From contig MFGA01000006.1 of NCBI GenBank assembly GCA_001778095.1, positions 6,169 through 70,168 on the forward strand: a stretch of DNA of 64,000 nucleotides, in the 5' to 3' direction. Origin of the DNA: Candidatus Falkowbacteria bacterium RIFOXYA2_FULL_38_12 (GTDB taxonomy: Bacteria > Patescibacteriota > Patescibacteriia > XYB2-FULL-38-15). Below, in pieces: positions 46,748-57,982 of the stretch; positions within the stretch are counted from its first letter, which is position 1, and each line of letters begins with the position of its first letter. The notes under the pieces are model-generated. The model was not told where the DNA came from. It made no database searches and saw only the letters and a list, made by a program, of their open reading frames with translations. The position numbers were made by a program, and so were the translations under genes.

Positions 46748-47713
46748 TTATTCCACTCTCCAACTATTCCCCATTTTAATCAAATTCCCCTCTATTGTAA
46801 AACCGGCGGCTTTTTGGTGTCCGCCTCCGCCGAAGATTTTGGCTAGGCGGGAAACATCTATTTCTTTGGTTGTTGTCCGAAAACTTCCTTTTATTTTTCC
46901 GGGCTCAAGGGCTTTTAAAACCAAGACAACTTTTGCTCCTTTCAGATTATTTAAAAAATTGGTCACTCCTTCAAGAGCTTCTTCGTCCAGGTTGGTCGAG
47001 CGCAAATCATCAGCCGTAATAATCGTCGTGACCATATTCAATTTTTTATTTTCAGTCAGTCTGGACAATACTTCCCCCCAAAATTTAAGAGTGGGTAATG
47101 ATTTATTTTTCAAAACATTTACGGATATTTCATTCATCTTCGCGCCGAGATTTAAAAGGTGGCTCGCAATCTCAAGCGAGGAAAAAGTTGTAGCCGGATT
47201 GGAAAAATTGGAAGTATCGGTTACGAGACCGGTTAAAAGAAAAGTCGCCGTTTTTTTATTGATTGCAAAATTAAATATTTTGAAGAGATTAAAAATAATT
47301 TCGGACGTGGAGGAAGATTCGGGAAAAACAAAATTCAAAGTTCCAAAATTTTCGTTTGTTTGATGGTGGTCGATATTGACCACCGGAATGGCCGAAGAGA
47401 GATTTTTTAGTTGTTTCTCTATGCCGGTTTGTTTCAGGTCTCCTGAGTCCAAAATAAAAATAAGATCATAATTTTCCAGCGCGAGATTCAAAGGGTCTGT
47501 GTAAATCTTTTCTTCTTTTAATAAAAAATTAAAGGAAGAGGAGGTTGGACCAACGGCAAAAAGATCATGTTCTTTTTTTATGGTCTTAAAAAATTGAGAC
47601 AAGGCCAAAATAGAACCAAGAGCGTCGCCGTCAGGTTTTTGATGAGATAAAATTAGGGTTCTCTTAGACCCTGAAATCAATTGCTGGAGTTTATTTAATG
47701 CTATTTGATTCAT
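46748..47713 (-). CDS. DHH-family phosphoesterase (NrnA-like oligoribonuclease / pAp phosphatase)
   Basis: 321 aa. DHH motif (IDHHQ) and DHHA1 GGGH. Confidence 0.8.
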   Translation of the reverse strand: MNQIALNKLQQLISGSKRTLILSHQKPDGDALGSILALSQFFKTIKKEHDLFAVGPTSSSFNFLLKEEKIYTDPLNLALENYDLIFILDSGDLKQTGIEKQLKNLSSAIPVVNIDHHQTNENFGTLNFVFPESSSTSEIIFNLFKIFNFAINKKTATFLLTGLVTDTSNFSNPATTFSSLEIASHLLNLGAKMNEISVNVLKNKSLPTLKFWGEVLSRLTENKKLNMVTTIITADDLRSTNLDEEALEGVTNFLNNLKGAKVVLVLKALEPGKIKGSFRTTTKEIDVSRLAKIFGGGGHQKAAGFTIEGNLIKMGNSWRVE

Positions 47714-48044
47714 CTTGAATTTGCGCGATTAATCTTTCCACCTCCTCGGCTTCGGATTCTCCGGTATCAAGCTTGAAAATCAGTTTGGGAATAAATTTGG
47801 AAGAAGATTTTTTAAAGAATTTTTTTTCAAAACCATGGATTCTTTTGGAGATAGTTTTTAAGGCGACGGGGACAAATTTTTCCGGCAAAATACTAAGCCA
47901 GACTTCTCCATATTTAAGATCCGGAGCAACATTTATCCGGGTTATTGTCGCAAAGCATCCGTTGGGGAATTCAATTTCTTTCAAAAAATATTCACCCAGT
48001 TCTCGCTTTAATAGTTTACTAAATTGTTCAGTGCGTAGGGACAT
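47691..48044 (-). CDS. rbfA: Ribosome-binding factor A
   Basis: 117 aa. KH-like fold. Confidence 0.8.
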   Translation of the reverse strand: MSLRTEQFSKLLKRELGEYFLKEIEFPNGCFATITRINVAPDLKYGEVWLSILPEKFVPVALKTISKRIHGFEKKFFKKSSSKFIPKLIFKLDTGESEAEEVERLIAQIQDESNSIK

Positions 48045-48101
48045 AATGTTAATAGGTTTTTAAGTTAATAATTCGTTTTCCTTCTTTATCTACCCCAATT
48101 C

Positions 48102-48180
48102 GTCATCCCGAGCTTGTCGAGGGATCTCTCGCCGTGGTTAAAGAATTACAATGGGATTTCTCGACAAGCTCGAAATGACA
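48102..48180. repeat. Repeat family C copy 2 (without the 33-nt mini-hairpin insertion)
   Basis: gtcatcccgagcttgtcga...tcgacaagctcgaaatgaca. Confidence 0.8.
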
Positions 48181-48273
48181 GTATGGGCGTCCGATTCCAG
48201 ATTTTTAATTTCCCAGCATACCATTCTCTATCATACTTGTAAAGCCTCTTTATAGATAGTATTATAAATAAAT

Positions 48274-50520
48274 ATGTATTTGCAAAAACTTGAAATACAA
48301 GGTTTTAAATCGTTCGCGACCAAGACGGTTTTGGAATTTCCGCCCAGAAAAAAAGGCGGGAGGAGTATTACCGCCATTGTCGGTCCGAATGGCAGTGGCA
48401 AGAGCAATGTCTCGGACGCAATGAGATGGGTTTTGGGCGAGCAAAGCCTGAAACTTCTTCGTGGCAAGAAATCCGAAGATGTTATTTTTTCCGGATCCCA
48501 GAAAAGGGCTCGTTTGGGTTTTGCCGAAGTTTCGCTCTACCTAAATAATGAAGATAAAACCGCGCCGATTGATTATGAGGAAGTAGTCTTAACTCGTCGG
48601 CTGTATCGGAGCGGGGAAGGGGAATATCTTATCAATAGAAATAAGGTTCGTTTATCGGACGTTGTTTTGCTTTTGGCGCAAGCTAATTTCGGGCAAAAAA
48701 ATTATAGCATTATCGGGCAAGGCATGGTTGACGCTATGCTTTTGGCTAGCCCGACGGAGCGAAAAGAATTTTTTGATGAGGCGACCGGAGTGGAGCAATA
48801 TCAAATAAAAAGAGATCAGGCCATTTCAAAATTAAAGGCTAGTCAAGAGAATTTAAAGCAAGCGACACTGCTTTTGGAAGAAATTGAGCCGCGCGTAAAA
48901 TCTTTGGCAAGGCAAATGAAGAAGCTGGAAGAAAGAAGTAACCGAGAACAAGAATTAAAAGAGATACAAAAAAAATATTACAGCTATCAATGGAAAAATT
49001 TGACCGGAAAATTGGGAGAAAGAGACGAAAAAGCCGGTCCATTTTTGATTCAGAAAAAAGAATTGGAGGAATCAGTAAAAGTAATTGAGGAGAAGTTAAA
49101 AAAGTTGGAAAAGGAACAACCGCAAGTTGATTCTTTCAGGTCTTTTCAGGGAGAATACGAGAAATTGTTTGAAGAAAAAAATCATCTTCGAGAAAAAGCG
49201 ATGATGATAAAAAATAAAATTGAATTTAGTAAACAAATTATAATCAGTCGTCCGGCGGCGTTATCAATCGCGGAGATTGAGACAAAGCTTCAGGATTTTT
49301 TTCGTAAATACGAATCTTTTGTGGAAAAATTATTTTCCGCCAAAGAAAAAAATAATATTGGAGAGATCGAGGATGAGGCAAAAGCGATGAAGGAAGATTT
49401 GAAGATGTTTATTGATAAATTTAAAGCTCCGGAAAAGAAAGAAATCGTCCCAAAAACCGATCCGGCTTTGGAGCAAGAGCTTCTTAAAATTTCGGGAGAG
49501 ATAGAGGCAATCAATCGGTCGCTTACCGACGTTCAAATCAAGATAGAAAATTTTAATAAGCAACAAGAAGTGGAAAGAAAAAGTTTTTTTGACTTGCAAA
49601 GGACTCTTCAGGAAAAACAACGCGAGCTTTATTCAATCTCTTCCAAGATAAACGAGATTCAAGTGGAAAACGCGGGATTGAAGGCCAGGAAAGAGGATTT
49701 GGAAAGAGAAATTGGACAAGAACTGAAAGATTTTTCTCTTCTAAATGTGGCCGGCGAAGCTACTTTTGATCCTAGCTGGCAAGAGCAGATTTTAAGACTA
49801 AAAAGACAGCTGGAACTGATAGGTGGAATAGATCCGGAAGTGGAAAAAGAATATGGCGAGGCCAGTGTCCGTTATGAATTTTTGAGAAATGAGATCAATG
49901 ACTTGAATCAGGCGGTCGTTTCTCTTTTAAAAATTATAAAAGAACTGGATGAAATTATTAAAAAGCAATTTGACTCGGCATTTCATAAAATAAACGATGA
50001 ATTTGGCAAATATTTTAAAATACTTTTTGGCGGGGGAAAAGCCCAATTAAATATAAGAAGAGAGGTTCTCGTTCCTAAGGAAGAAGCCGTCTCCGCCGAA
50101 GGCTACGGCGAGCCGAGGGCCGCCTCCGTTAATGGTTTTGGTGAATCGAAGAATGAAGAAATTGTTGGAGTTGAGATTGAAGCGACTCCTCCGGGAAAGA
50201 AACTTAAAAATATCAATATGCTCTCGGGCGGAGAACGGGCGCTTACATCAATCGCGCTTCTTTCGGCGATTATTTCCAACAATCCGGCGCCGTTTATAGT
50301 CTTGGATGAAGTTGACGCCGCGCTTGATGAATCAAATTCTTTGAGGTTTGCCAATATCTTTGACGAACTAATTGAAAAAACCCAATTTATTTTAATCACC
50401 CACAATCGGGCGACGATGCAAAAAGCGAACACTCTTTACGGTGTTACCATGGAAGCCGACGGCGTTTCTCGACTCTTGAGTTTGAAGTTGGAGGAGGCGG
50501 AAAAAGTGGTGAAGAGCTAG
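48274..50520 (+). CDS. smc: SMC-family chromosome segregation ATPase (short form)
   Basis: 748 aa. N-terminal Walker A GPNGSGKSN. Long coiled coils. C-terminal LSGGERALTSIALL and Walker B VLDEVDAALD. Confidence 0.8.
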   Translation: MYLQKLEIQGFKSFATKTVLEFPPRKKGGRSITAIVGPNGSGKSNVSDAMRWVLGEQSLKLLRGKKSEDVIFSGSQKRARLGFAEVSLYLNNEDKTAPIDYEEVVLTRRLYRSGEGEYLINRNKVRLSDVVLLLAQANFGQKNYSIIGQGMVDAMLLASPTERKEFFDEATGVEQYQIKRDQAISKLKASQENLKQATLLLEEIEPRVKSLARQMKKLEERSNREQELKEIQKKYYSYQWKNLTGKLGERDEKAGPFLIQKKELEESVKVIEEKLKKLEKEQPQVDSFRSFQGEYEKLFEEKNHLREKAMMIKNKIEFSKQIIISRPAALSIAEIETKLQDFFRKYESFVEKLFSAKEKNNIGEIEDEAKAMKEDLKMFIDKFKAPEKKEIVPKTDPALEQELLKISGEIEAINRSLTDVQIKIENFNKQQEVERKSFFDLQRTLQEKQRELYSISSKINEIQVENAGLKARKEDLEREIGQELKDFSLLNVAGEATFDPSWQEQILRLKRQLELIGGIDPEVEKEYGEASVRYEFLRNEINDLNQAVVSLLKIIKELDEIIKKQFDSAFHKINDEFGKYFKILFGGGKAQLNIRREVLVPKEEAVSAEGYGEPRAASVNGFGESKNEEIVGVEIEATPPGKKLKNINMLSGGERALTSIALLSAIISNNPAPFIVLDEVDAALDESNSLRFANIFDELIEKTQFILITHNRATMQKANTLYGVTMEADGVSRLLSLKLEEAEKVVKS

Positions 50521-50648
50521 TTAGAGTTACTATTTCTGCATTTGGTCATTTAAGAATGTTACTTCGACCTAGGACATATAATGAAATAATTTCTTGTAGC
50601 TTTGCTTTATACTTAATATAAAGATAAATAATAAATAAACTTAAAAAT

Positions 50649-51956
50649 ATGCCAAACAGACCAGATCAAGAAGGAGTTTTAATAAGAAAAATTTATACTG
50701 TAGGGGGGGGAACACCCGATAGAGAAATAACGGAATTAGAAGAACGAAGAGATACGGATATAACTACATTGCAAAAAGGGGGAGAAAAACCAAAAAAAGA
50801 CAATGAAGGAATTGTAGTAAGATCTATGGGTGATGTTAAGAAGGAGGAGGAAAAAAATGAAGATAACAATGAACTTGGAAAATTATTTGAGAGTTGTGTA
50901 GATAATATCATTACTAGAGAAAAGTTTTTAAGAGAAAAATATAAGTTACTTGAGCAGGAAGCGAAAAGAGCTAAAATTGCGATAGCAAAAATGGAAGATG
51001 ATGTGAAAGTAACGGGAGAATTTGATTACTACGGTAAGCTGAAGAATAAATATCAAAAGCTCGTGCTCGAGGTTGATGACCTAAATGAAAAAATAAATGA
51101 TTATATAGAAAAGTCAAGGAAAAACTTAGAATTTATAATTAGTGAATATTCTGAAAAATACTCGAAATTAACTAATGATGAAGAAAAACAGGCTTTAGTA
51201 GAAGAAATAAAAAAAGGCAGAACAAAATTTAATAATCAAATATTTGAATATTCTGAGGAAAAAAATAACTTGATATCTCGTTTGGGAGATGAACTTGATT
51301 CTATAACGGGAGTCGTGCAAGAAATAAATGACTGGGTAATAGAAACAAGAAGTCAAAATGAAGCAGAAAGTAAACGATTGGAGAGAAAAGAAAATTTTAA
51401 AAAATATTCTATACCAGACGTAGATAAAAAAGTAAATGAGATGATTGATTTTGGTATAAATTTTGAAAAAAGACTTTCTAGGTTAGAAAAATTATTTGAT
51501 TTGATTCAAAGTAGGCTTGAGAAAATAGATCCATCAGACTTTTTAAAACTTGCTTGGGGCAAGGCAAGTAGAAAATATCAAATAGAGAAAGAAGTTAGCA
51601 GAGCAGAAAAAGAGAAAATCATTGAAGAATTTAGGCAAGGCGAAATAGACACAGTTAAGAAAAATAAAGAAGTACTTATAGAACATGGCAATCATTTTTT
51701 AGAATTTTTAAAGTCTAGTTTATTAAATATGCAAAGATCGCCAATAGATTATTTTTATGAAATATTAGAACAAGCACAAGCACAAGTAATAGTAGATGGA
51801 GTGGGCGATAATAACGAAAATACTATAAAAGAAAATTTTCAAATAAAAATAGATGAAGTTTATGATCAGTTTATGAAAAACAAGAAAGGGATAGAAGAGT
51901 TTGAAAAATTTTCAAAAAAACTTTTAAGAGTTGATTATTTTAAGCTAGAATCATAA
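50649..51956 (+). CDS. Hypothetical coiled-coil protein, AT-rich composition
   Basis: 435 aa. K/E-rich with extensive heptad character. Gene and flanks are markedly more AT-rich than neighbours. Confidence 0.5.
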   Translation: MPNRPDQEGVLIRKIYTVGGGTPDREITELEERRDTDITTLQKGGEKPKKDNEGIVVRSMGDVKKEEEKNEDNNELGKLFESCVDNIITREKFLREKYKLLEQEAKRAKIAIAKMEDDVKVTGEFDYYGKLKNKYQKLVLEVDDLNEKINDYIEKSRKNLEFIISEYSEKYSKLTNDEEKQALVEEIKKGRTKFNNQIFEYSEEKNNLISRLGDELDSITGVVQEINDWVIETRSQNEAESKRLERKENFKKYSIPDVDKKVNEMIDFGINFEKRLSRLEKLFDLIQSRLEKIDPSDFLKLAWGKASRKYQIEKEVSRAEKEKIIEEFRQGEIDTVKKNKEVLIEHGNHFLEFLKSSLLNMQRSPIDYFYEILEQAQAQVIVDGVGDNNENTIKENFQIKIDEVYDQFMKNKKGIEEFEKFSKKLLRVDYFKLES

Positions 51957-52104
51957 CAACCAAATAATCTAAAATAATTTACAAATTAAACCACAAAGAA
52001 CAGGGTAAGACAGACAGTTTTGTTTTTTTCTTGACAATTAAAGCCAAATATAGCAATATAAATTAGTAGATTGTTAAATAATAAATTAAGATTTTCAACA
52101 AAAT

Positions 52105-52446
52105 ATGTTAGCGATTCGTTTATCTCGTTTTGGAAAAAAGAATAGGCCGGTTTATCGTTTGATTGTCTCCGATAAAACCAAAGATCCTAAAGCAACTTAT
52201 ATTGAATCCTTGGGGCTTTATGACCCTAGAGAAGGGGCAAAAGTCACCAATCTCAAAGAAGAGAGATTGAAATATTGGATAGAAAAAGGGGCGCAACTTT
52301 CGGCCACAGTCAATAATTTGCTCGTAGGGCAAGGAGCCTTGCAAGGGGAAAAAGTGAAAAAAGTAAAAGTTAAAAAATCAGAAGAAAAGAAGGAAGAACC
52401 TAAACCCAAAGAAGAAAAAAAACCAGAACCGGAAAAGGCCTCATAA
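52105..52446 (+). CDS. rpsP: 30S ribosomal protein S16 with Lys/Glu-rich C-terminal extension
   Basis: MLAIRLSRFGKKNRPVYRLIV.... Confidence 0.9.
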   Translation: MLAIRLSRFGKKNRPVYRLIVSDKTKDPKATYIESLGLYDPREGAKVTNLKEERLKYWIEKGAQLSATVNNLLVGQGALQGEKVKKVKVKKSEEKKEEPKPKEEKKPEPEKAS

Positions 52447-52605
52447 AGAGGTCTTTTTTAGTAGCATTAGTTGAAATCGGGAGTTTTAATCTATTTGACT
52501 TTTTTTATCTGGAATGGTAATTTTAAATTAGTGAATAGCTGTACTGTAAAAAGGTCGAACAGTAATGAAGCTATTTCTGAAATTTTACATTAACAGTAAA
52601 GAAAT

Positions 52606-52929
52606 ATGGCTGCATATAAAGATCAAGAATTCGTTGAGTTAATTGTGAGAGCTATTGTCAATCACCCGGAAGATGTTTCAACCGAAAGAACGGTTGATGA
52701 AATGGGTGTTTTAATCACCCTCAAAGTCAATCAAGAGGATATGGGTTATGTGATTGGCAAACAAGGTCAAACAGCTCGCGCGATTAGAACTCTTTTGAAG
52801 ATCGTTGGAGCAAAAGAAAAAGCCAGAGTCAACCTAAAAATCTATGAACCAGAGGGTTCAAGAATGAATAGAGGAAACTCTGCTCCAGCCGATATGGACG
52901 CAAGAGACGTAGAAGAGTTAACTATCTAA
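52606..52929 (+). CDS. KH-domain RNA-binding protein (YlqC/UPF0109-like)
   Basis: 107 aa. VIGKQGQTARAIRTLLKIVG GXXG-type KH core. Sits between rpsP and trmD. Confidence 0.75.
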   Translation: MAAYKDQEFVELIVRAIVNHPEDVSTERTVDEMGVLITLKVNQEDMGYVIGKQGQTARAIRTLLKIVGAKEKARVNLKIYEPEGSRMNRGNSAPADMDARDVEELTI

Positions 52930-52936
52930 GTCTATA

Positions 52937-53095
52937 GACCTGTCACACAATAATCCTTTCTACTGCAACTTGTAATTTTGGCTCCAAATTGTTCAAAGCT
53001 CGTCGAGGTATTACCAATATCTCTCCTCGCTTTTCACAATTTTCGCCTAAAATTACTGCGTTTCGCTACGAAAGATTATTATGTGACAGGTCTAA
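52937..53095. repeat. Repeat family F copy 2 with extended about-25-bp TIRs (TAGACCTGTCACACAATAATCCTTTC)
   Basis: Outer TIR halves tagacctgtcacacaataatcctttc / gaaagattattatgtgacaggtcta. Confidence 0.8.
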
Positions 53096-53157
53096 AATAA
53101 AACAAGAGCCGCGCCACAAGTGCGGTTTTTGTTACTATAAATCCACAAATTTATATT

Positions 53158-53832
53158 ATGCTACAATTTGATATCATTACAATTTTTCCTGAAGTTTTCT
53201 CCGGTTATTTTAACGAGAGTATTATTGGTCGCGCGCAAAAAAATAATTTGATTAAAATAAATATTCATAATTTACGCGACTGGGCCGAGGATAAACATCA
53301 AAAAGTTGATGATAGCCCGTATGGCGGGGGACCGGGAATGGTCATAAAGATTGAACCAATCGCTAAGGCGATTAGTTCAATCTTTAAGTTAAAAATGAGA
53401 AATGAAAAGTTGAAAGTTATACTTTTTTCTGCCGGCGGAAAACAATTTGACAATACTGTCGCGTCGCGATTAGCGAAAAAATATGACCGTCTGATTTTGA
53501 TTTGCGGACATTATGAGGGCGTGGACGCGCGAATAAAAAAAGTTGTTAAAGATATGGGAATTGAATATTCCGAAATATCCATTGGCCAGTATGTTTTAAC
53601 CGGCGGTGAACTGCCGGCTATGGTTTTAGTGGATGCAGTGGCGCGCCAGGTGCAAGGTGTTTTGGGTAAAGAAGAATCTTTAGAAGAAAAACGGTTGGGG
53701 ATTGGAGTGCCGACTTATACTCGACCGGATATTTTCCATTTCAAGGATAAAAAATATGGGGTGCCTAAAGTTTTATTGTCAGGAAACCATAGAAAAATTG
53801 AGGAATGGAGAAAGCAAAAAAAAGAGGGTTAA
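53158..53832 (+). CDS. trmD: tRNA (guanine37-N1)-methyltransferase
   Basis: 224 aa. SPOUT knot motifs (GGGPGMV, CGHYEGVD). Contains an in-frame family-H repeat segment. Confidence 0.9.
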   Translation: MLQFDIITIFPEVFSGYFNESIIGRAQKNNLIKINIHNLRDWAEDKHQKVDDSPYGGGPGMVIKIEPIAKAISSIFKLKMRNEKLKVILFSAGGKQFDNTVASRLAKKYDRLILICGHYEGVDARIKKVVKDMGIEYSEISIGQYVLTGGELPAMVLVDAVARQVQGVLGKEESLEEKRLGIGVPTYTRPDIFHFKDKKYGVPKVLLSGNHRKIEEWRKQKKEG

Positions 53833-53896
53833 AAGCCTTATTTTTGCTCTTTAATCAGTGTGGAAAGACTGTGGAAAATAACAAAGGATAGAATAC

Positions 53897-53924
53897 TTGA
53901 CAGCTTTTTAATGGGCGGGTAATA
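53897..53924 (+). promoter_or_regulatory. Candidate rRNA promoter (TTGACA-16-TAATAT)
   Basis: Perfect -35 and a near-consensus -10, about 180 nt upstream of the 16S 5' end. Confidence 0.45.
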
Positions 53925-54099
53925 TAGAGCATATCCCCCAGAATGGGGAATTTTCTTTGACAACTTAAAGTGATAGAAATACCTCAATTCTTTAAATAAG
54001 AATAAATATAGTTATATATTGAGAGCTTGAACTCCGGTCTTCGGACCGGGTTGATTTTGTTCTTCTGAACAAAATTTAAGAGATTCAACACTTTCATTT

Positions 54100-55875
<1,776 letters not shown>

Positions 55876-56109
55876 TAGGGAGAAAAATACTTCCTCTCTC
55901 ACGAGGAAGTACAGTCGCGAAGCTTCTTTTTGAAGCTTTGAAAGGATTGAAAAGTATTTCTATTACTTTAAGTTGCCGAAGATAAAAAACCGGCAAAAAG
56001 GACAGTTCTTTAATAAAGAGGATTGTCTTTTTTGTTTCCCTTGAATAAAATAGACAGGGGCTTGCAATAGCCGGTTTTTTTTGTTAAGATTTTTTATATC
56101 AGAGTGTGG

Positions 56110-56186
56110 GGGCGCGTAGCTCAGTCGGTTAGAGCGCGTCACTGATAATGACGAGGTCGGAGGTTCGATTCCTCCCGCGCCCACCA
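56110..56186 (+). tRNA. tRNA-Ile(GAT)
   Basis: GGGCGCG acceptor, anticodon loop CTGATAA, T-arm GGAGG-TTCGATT-CCTCC, encoded CCA. Confidence 0.9.
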
Positions 56187-56290
56187 GTACAAGGCTTAGG
56201 TTAATTCCATAACTCGGCGGAGCAATAATCACTAAAGATAATTGTTTACTGAGTGCTTTAATGAACCTATGCCTCGTGCGTGGCCCACCA
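56187..56290. repeat. Family D copy 2 immediately after tRNA-Ile CCA, ending in a duplicated GCCCACCA
   Basis: gtacaaggcttaggttaat...cggcggagcaataatc...ttgtttactgagt...cgtggcccacca. GCCCACCA is present at both ends. Confidence 0.7.
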
Positions 56291-56537
56291 AAGGAAAAAT
56301 ATGGTCAAGAATTTTTTAAAGTTAATTTTAAGCGGACTTGTTGGCGGGATCTCTGGGGCTATTGCCGGATTTTTGTTGTTATTTTTAGTAAAGGCGTTGA
56401 TTTTTTTGCTTTGTTTTATTTTTCAAAATTCATGTCATAACGAAGCGCCGATTGAAGTACTTGCTATGTTGAGTATTGGTTCGGGAACAATTTTGGGCGG
56501 AATATTTGGAATAATACTTTTTTTGAAAAAAATATAA
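56280..56537 (+). CDS. Possible small hydrophobic protein (start uncertain; 5' part overlaps repeat)
   Basis: 85-aa ORF starting at GTG. Internal Met at MVKNF. Two predicted TM helices. Could be spurious. Confidence 0.3.
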   Translation: MAHQRKNMVKNFLKLILSGLVGGISGAIAGFLLLFLVKALIFLLCFIFQNSCHNEAPIEVLAMLSIGSGTILGGIFGIILFLKKI

Positions 56538-56542
56538 ATTTT

Positions 56543-56614
56543 GCCGGGGTAGCTCAGTGGTAGAGCAGAGGACTGAAAATCCTCGTGTCGAGAGTCCGAT
56601 TCTCTCCCCCGGCA
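56543..56614 (+). tRNA. tRNA-Phe(GAA)
   Basis: GCCGGGG acceptor, anticodon loop CTGAAAA, T-arm GAGAG-TCCGATT-CTCTC, no CCA. Confidence 0.9.
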
Positions 56615-56620
56615 TTTGAG

Positions 56621-56710
56621 AAGTTAAAAATGAAAAATGCAAAGTTAAAAGTTAATGAGTGAAAATTTTCACAATTCAAAAACTTTTAACTTTTAACTTT
56701 AGACTTTTAA
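56621..56710. repeat. Palindromic family-H element (AAGTTAAAAATGAAAAATGCAAAGTTAAAAGTTAA ... AACTTTTAACTTTTAACTTT)
   Basis: Inverted arms between tRNA-Phe and tRNA-Pro. Confidence 0.7.
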
Positions 56711-56715
56711 CTTTT

Positions 56716-56789
56716 TCGGGGTGTAGCCCAGTAGTCTAAGGCGCATGCTTTGGGAGCATGAGATCGAGGGTGCGAATCCCTCCACCCCG
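56716..56789 (+). tRNA. tRNA-Pro(TGG)
   Basis: Acceptor CGGGGTG/CACCCCG, anticodon stem CATGC/GCATG with loop TTTGGGA, T-arm GAGGG-TGCGAAT-CCCTC. D-stem has only 3 clean pairs. Confidence 0.75.
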
Positions 56790-56806
56790 ATTGAAAATAA
56801 AATAAT

Positions 56807-57124
56807 ATGGAAGAGGAAAAAGACCTTAATATTCTAAGTGAAAAGGAAATAAGAGAAAGACTGAATAGTTTTTCCGGTTGGATTTTTATTGATAATAAAA
56901 TAACAAAAACTTTTTTATTTTCCAGTTTTAATGACGCTTTGGCGATAATTAATGAATTGGCGCCATTTTGTAATAATATTGATCATCATCCGGATATACA
57001 TATTTATTACAAAAAAGTTGTTTTTGATTTACGGCGTTTTAGTGTTGGTGGCAAAGTAACGGAACGGGATTTTACTGTGGCAAAAAAGATAGATGATTTA
57101 TATTTTTCGAGAGACATTAAGTAA
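56807..57124 (+). CDS. Putative pterin-4a-carbinolamine dehydratase (PCD/DCoH family)
   Basis: 105 aa. The DHHPDIHIYYKKVVF...GGKVT pattern resembles the PCD signature. My 1-based counting of the displayed sequence is off by one from the ORF track here. Confidence 0.55.
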   Translation: MEEEKDLNILSEKEIRERLNSFSGWIFIDNKITKTFLFSSFNDALAIINELAPFCNNIDHHPDIHIYYKKVVFDLRRFSVGGKVTERDFTVAKKIDDLYFSRDIK

Positions 57125-57139
57125 AATAAAAATACTCGC

Positions 57140-57214
57140 GCAGGTGTCGTATAATGGCTATTATGTCACCCTTCCAAGGTGAAGACGCCGGTTCGATTCC
57201 GGTCACCTGCTCCA
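57140..57214 (+). tRNA. tRNA-Gly(TCC)
   Basis: Acceptor GCAGGTG/CACCTGC, anticodon loop CTTCCAA, T-arm GCCGG-TTCGATT-CCGGT, U73, encoded CCA. Confidence 0.75.
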
Positions 57215-57230
57215 GAATAAAAATAAAAAC

Positions 57231-57968
57231 ATGGCCTCATTTTTTTGGATAATCGGTAGCACAATTGTGATCAGCGCAATTTCCTTAGTCGGGATATTTT
57301 TTTTGTCTTTAAATGCTAAGCATTTGGAAAAATACCTTTTGTCTTTTGTCGCCTTGGCCTCCGGCGCTCTTTTGGGGGGAGCTTTTTTACATCTCCTGCC
57401 CGAGGCGGTGGAAAAACTGAACGCCGATTCGGTTTTTTTGTGGACATTGATTTCTCTTTTAGCTTTTTTTGTGATAGAAAAAATATTTCAATGGAGGCAT
57501 TGCCATAAAGAACATTGCGAGATACACACTTTTGGCTATATGACTCTTTTTGGCGATGGCGTTCATAATTTTATAGATGGCCTGATTATTGCTGCGGCTT
57601 TTGTTGAAAGCACAAGCTTGGGGTTGGTTGTTAGTCTTGGTGTTATTCTCCACGAGATTCCTCAAGAGATTGGTGATTTTTCCACCTTACTTTTGGCGGG
57701 GTTTAATAAGAAGAAAGCTCTCTTGATGAATTTTTTGGTCGCGCTTACCGCTGTTGGCGGAGGCATCGTGGGTTTTTTTCTAGCCTCATATTCCGATCAA
57801 TTCATAAATATTTTAATCCCGTTCGCGGCGGGAGGATTTATCTATATTGCCGCTTCCGACTTGATTCCCGAGATAAGGAAAGAAACAAAAACCAAAGAAT
57901 CAATAAGAACCTTAGCCTTTTTTTTATTGGGGATTGTTCTCATGTATTTAATGAAATTTGTAGAATAA
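57231..57968 (+). CDS. zupT: ZIP-family divalent metal transporter
   Basis: 245 aa. HEIPQEIGDF signature. About 8 TM helices. Confidence 0.85.
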   Translation: MASFFWIIGSTIVISAISLVGIFFLSLNAKHLEKYLLSFVALASGALLGGAFLHLLPEAVEKLNADSVFLWTLISLLAFFVIEKIFQWRHCHKEHCEIHTFGYMTLFGDGVHNFIDGLIIAAAFVESTSLGLVVSLGVILHEIPQEIGDFSTLLLAGFNKKKALLMNFLVALTAVGGGIVGFFLASYSDQFINILIPFAAGGFIYIAASDLIPEIRKETKTKESIRTLAFFLLGIVLMYLMKFVE

Positions 57969-57982
57969 TTTGAGTTTTTAGT

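Noticed and set aside
56800-56885. Apparent 1-nt inconsistency between the displayed sequence and the ORF-track frame of the PCD-like gene (extra g near 56881, ATG at displayed 56806 vs track 56807)
   Set aside because: Most likely a transcription or counting slip on my side. I deferred to the ORF track rather than calling a frameshift or pseudogene.
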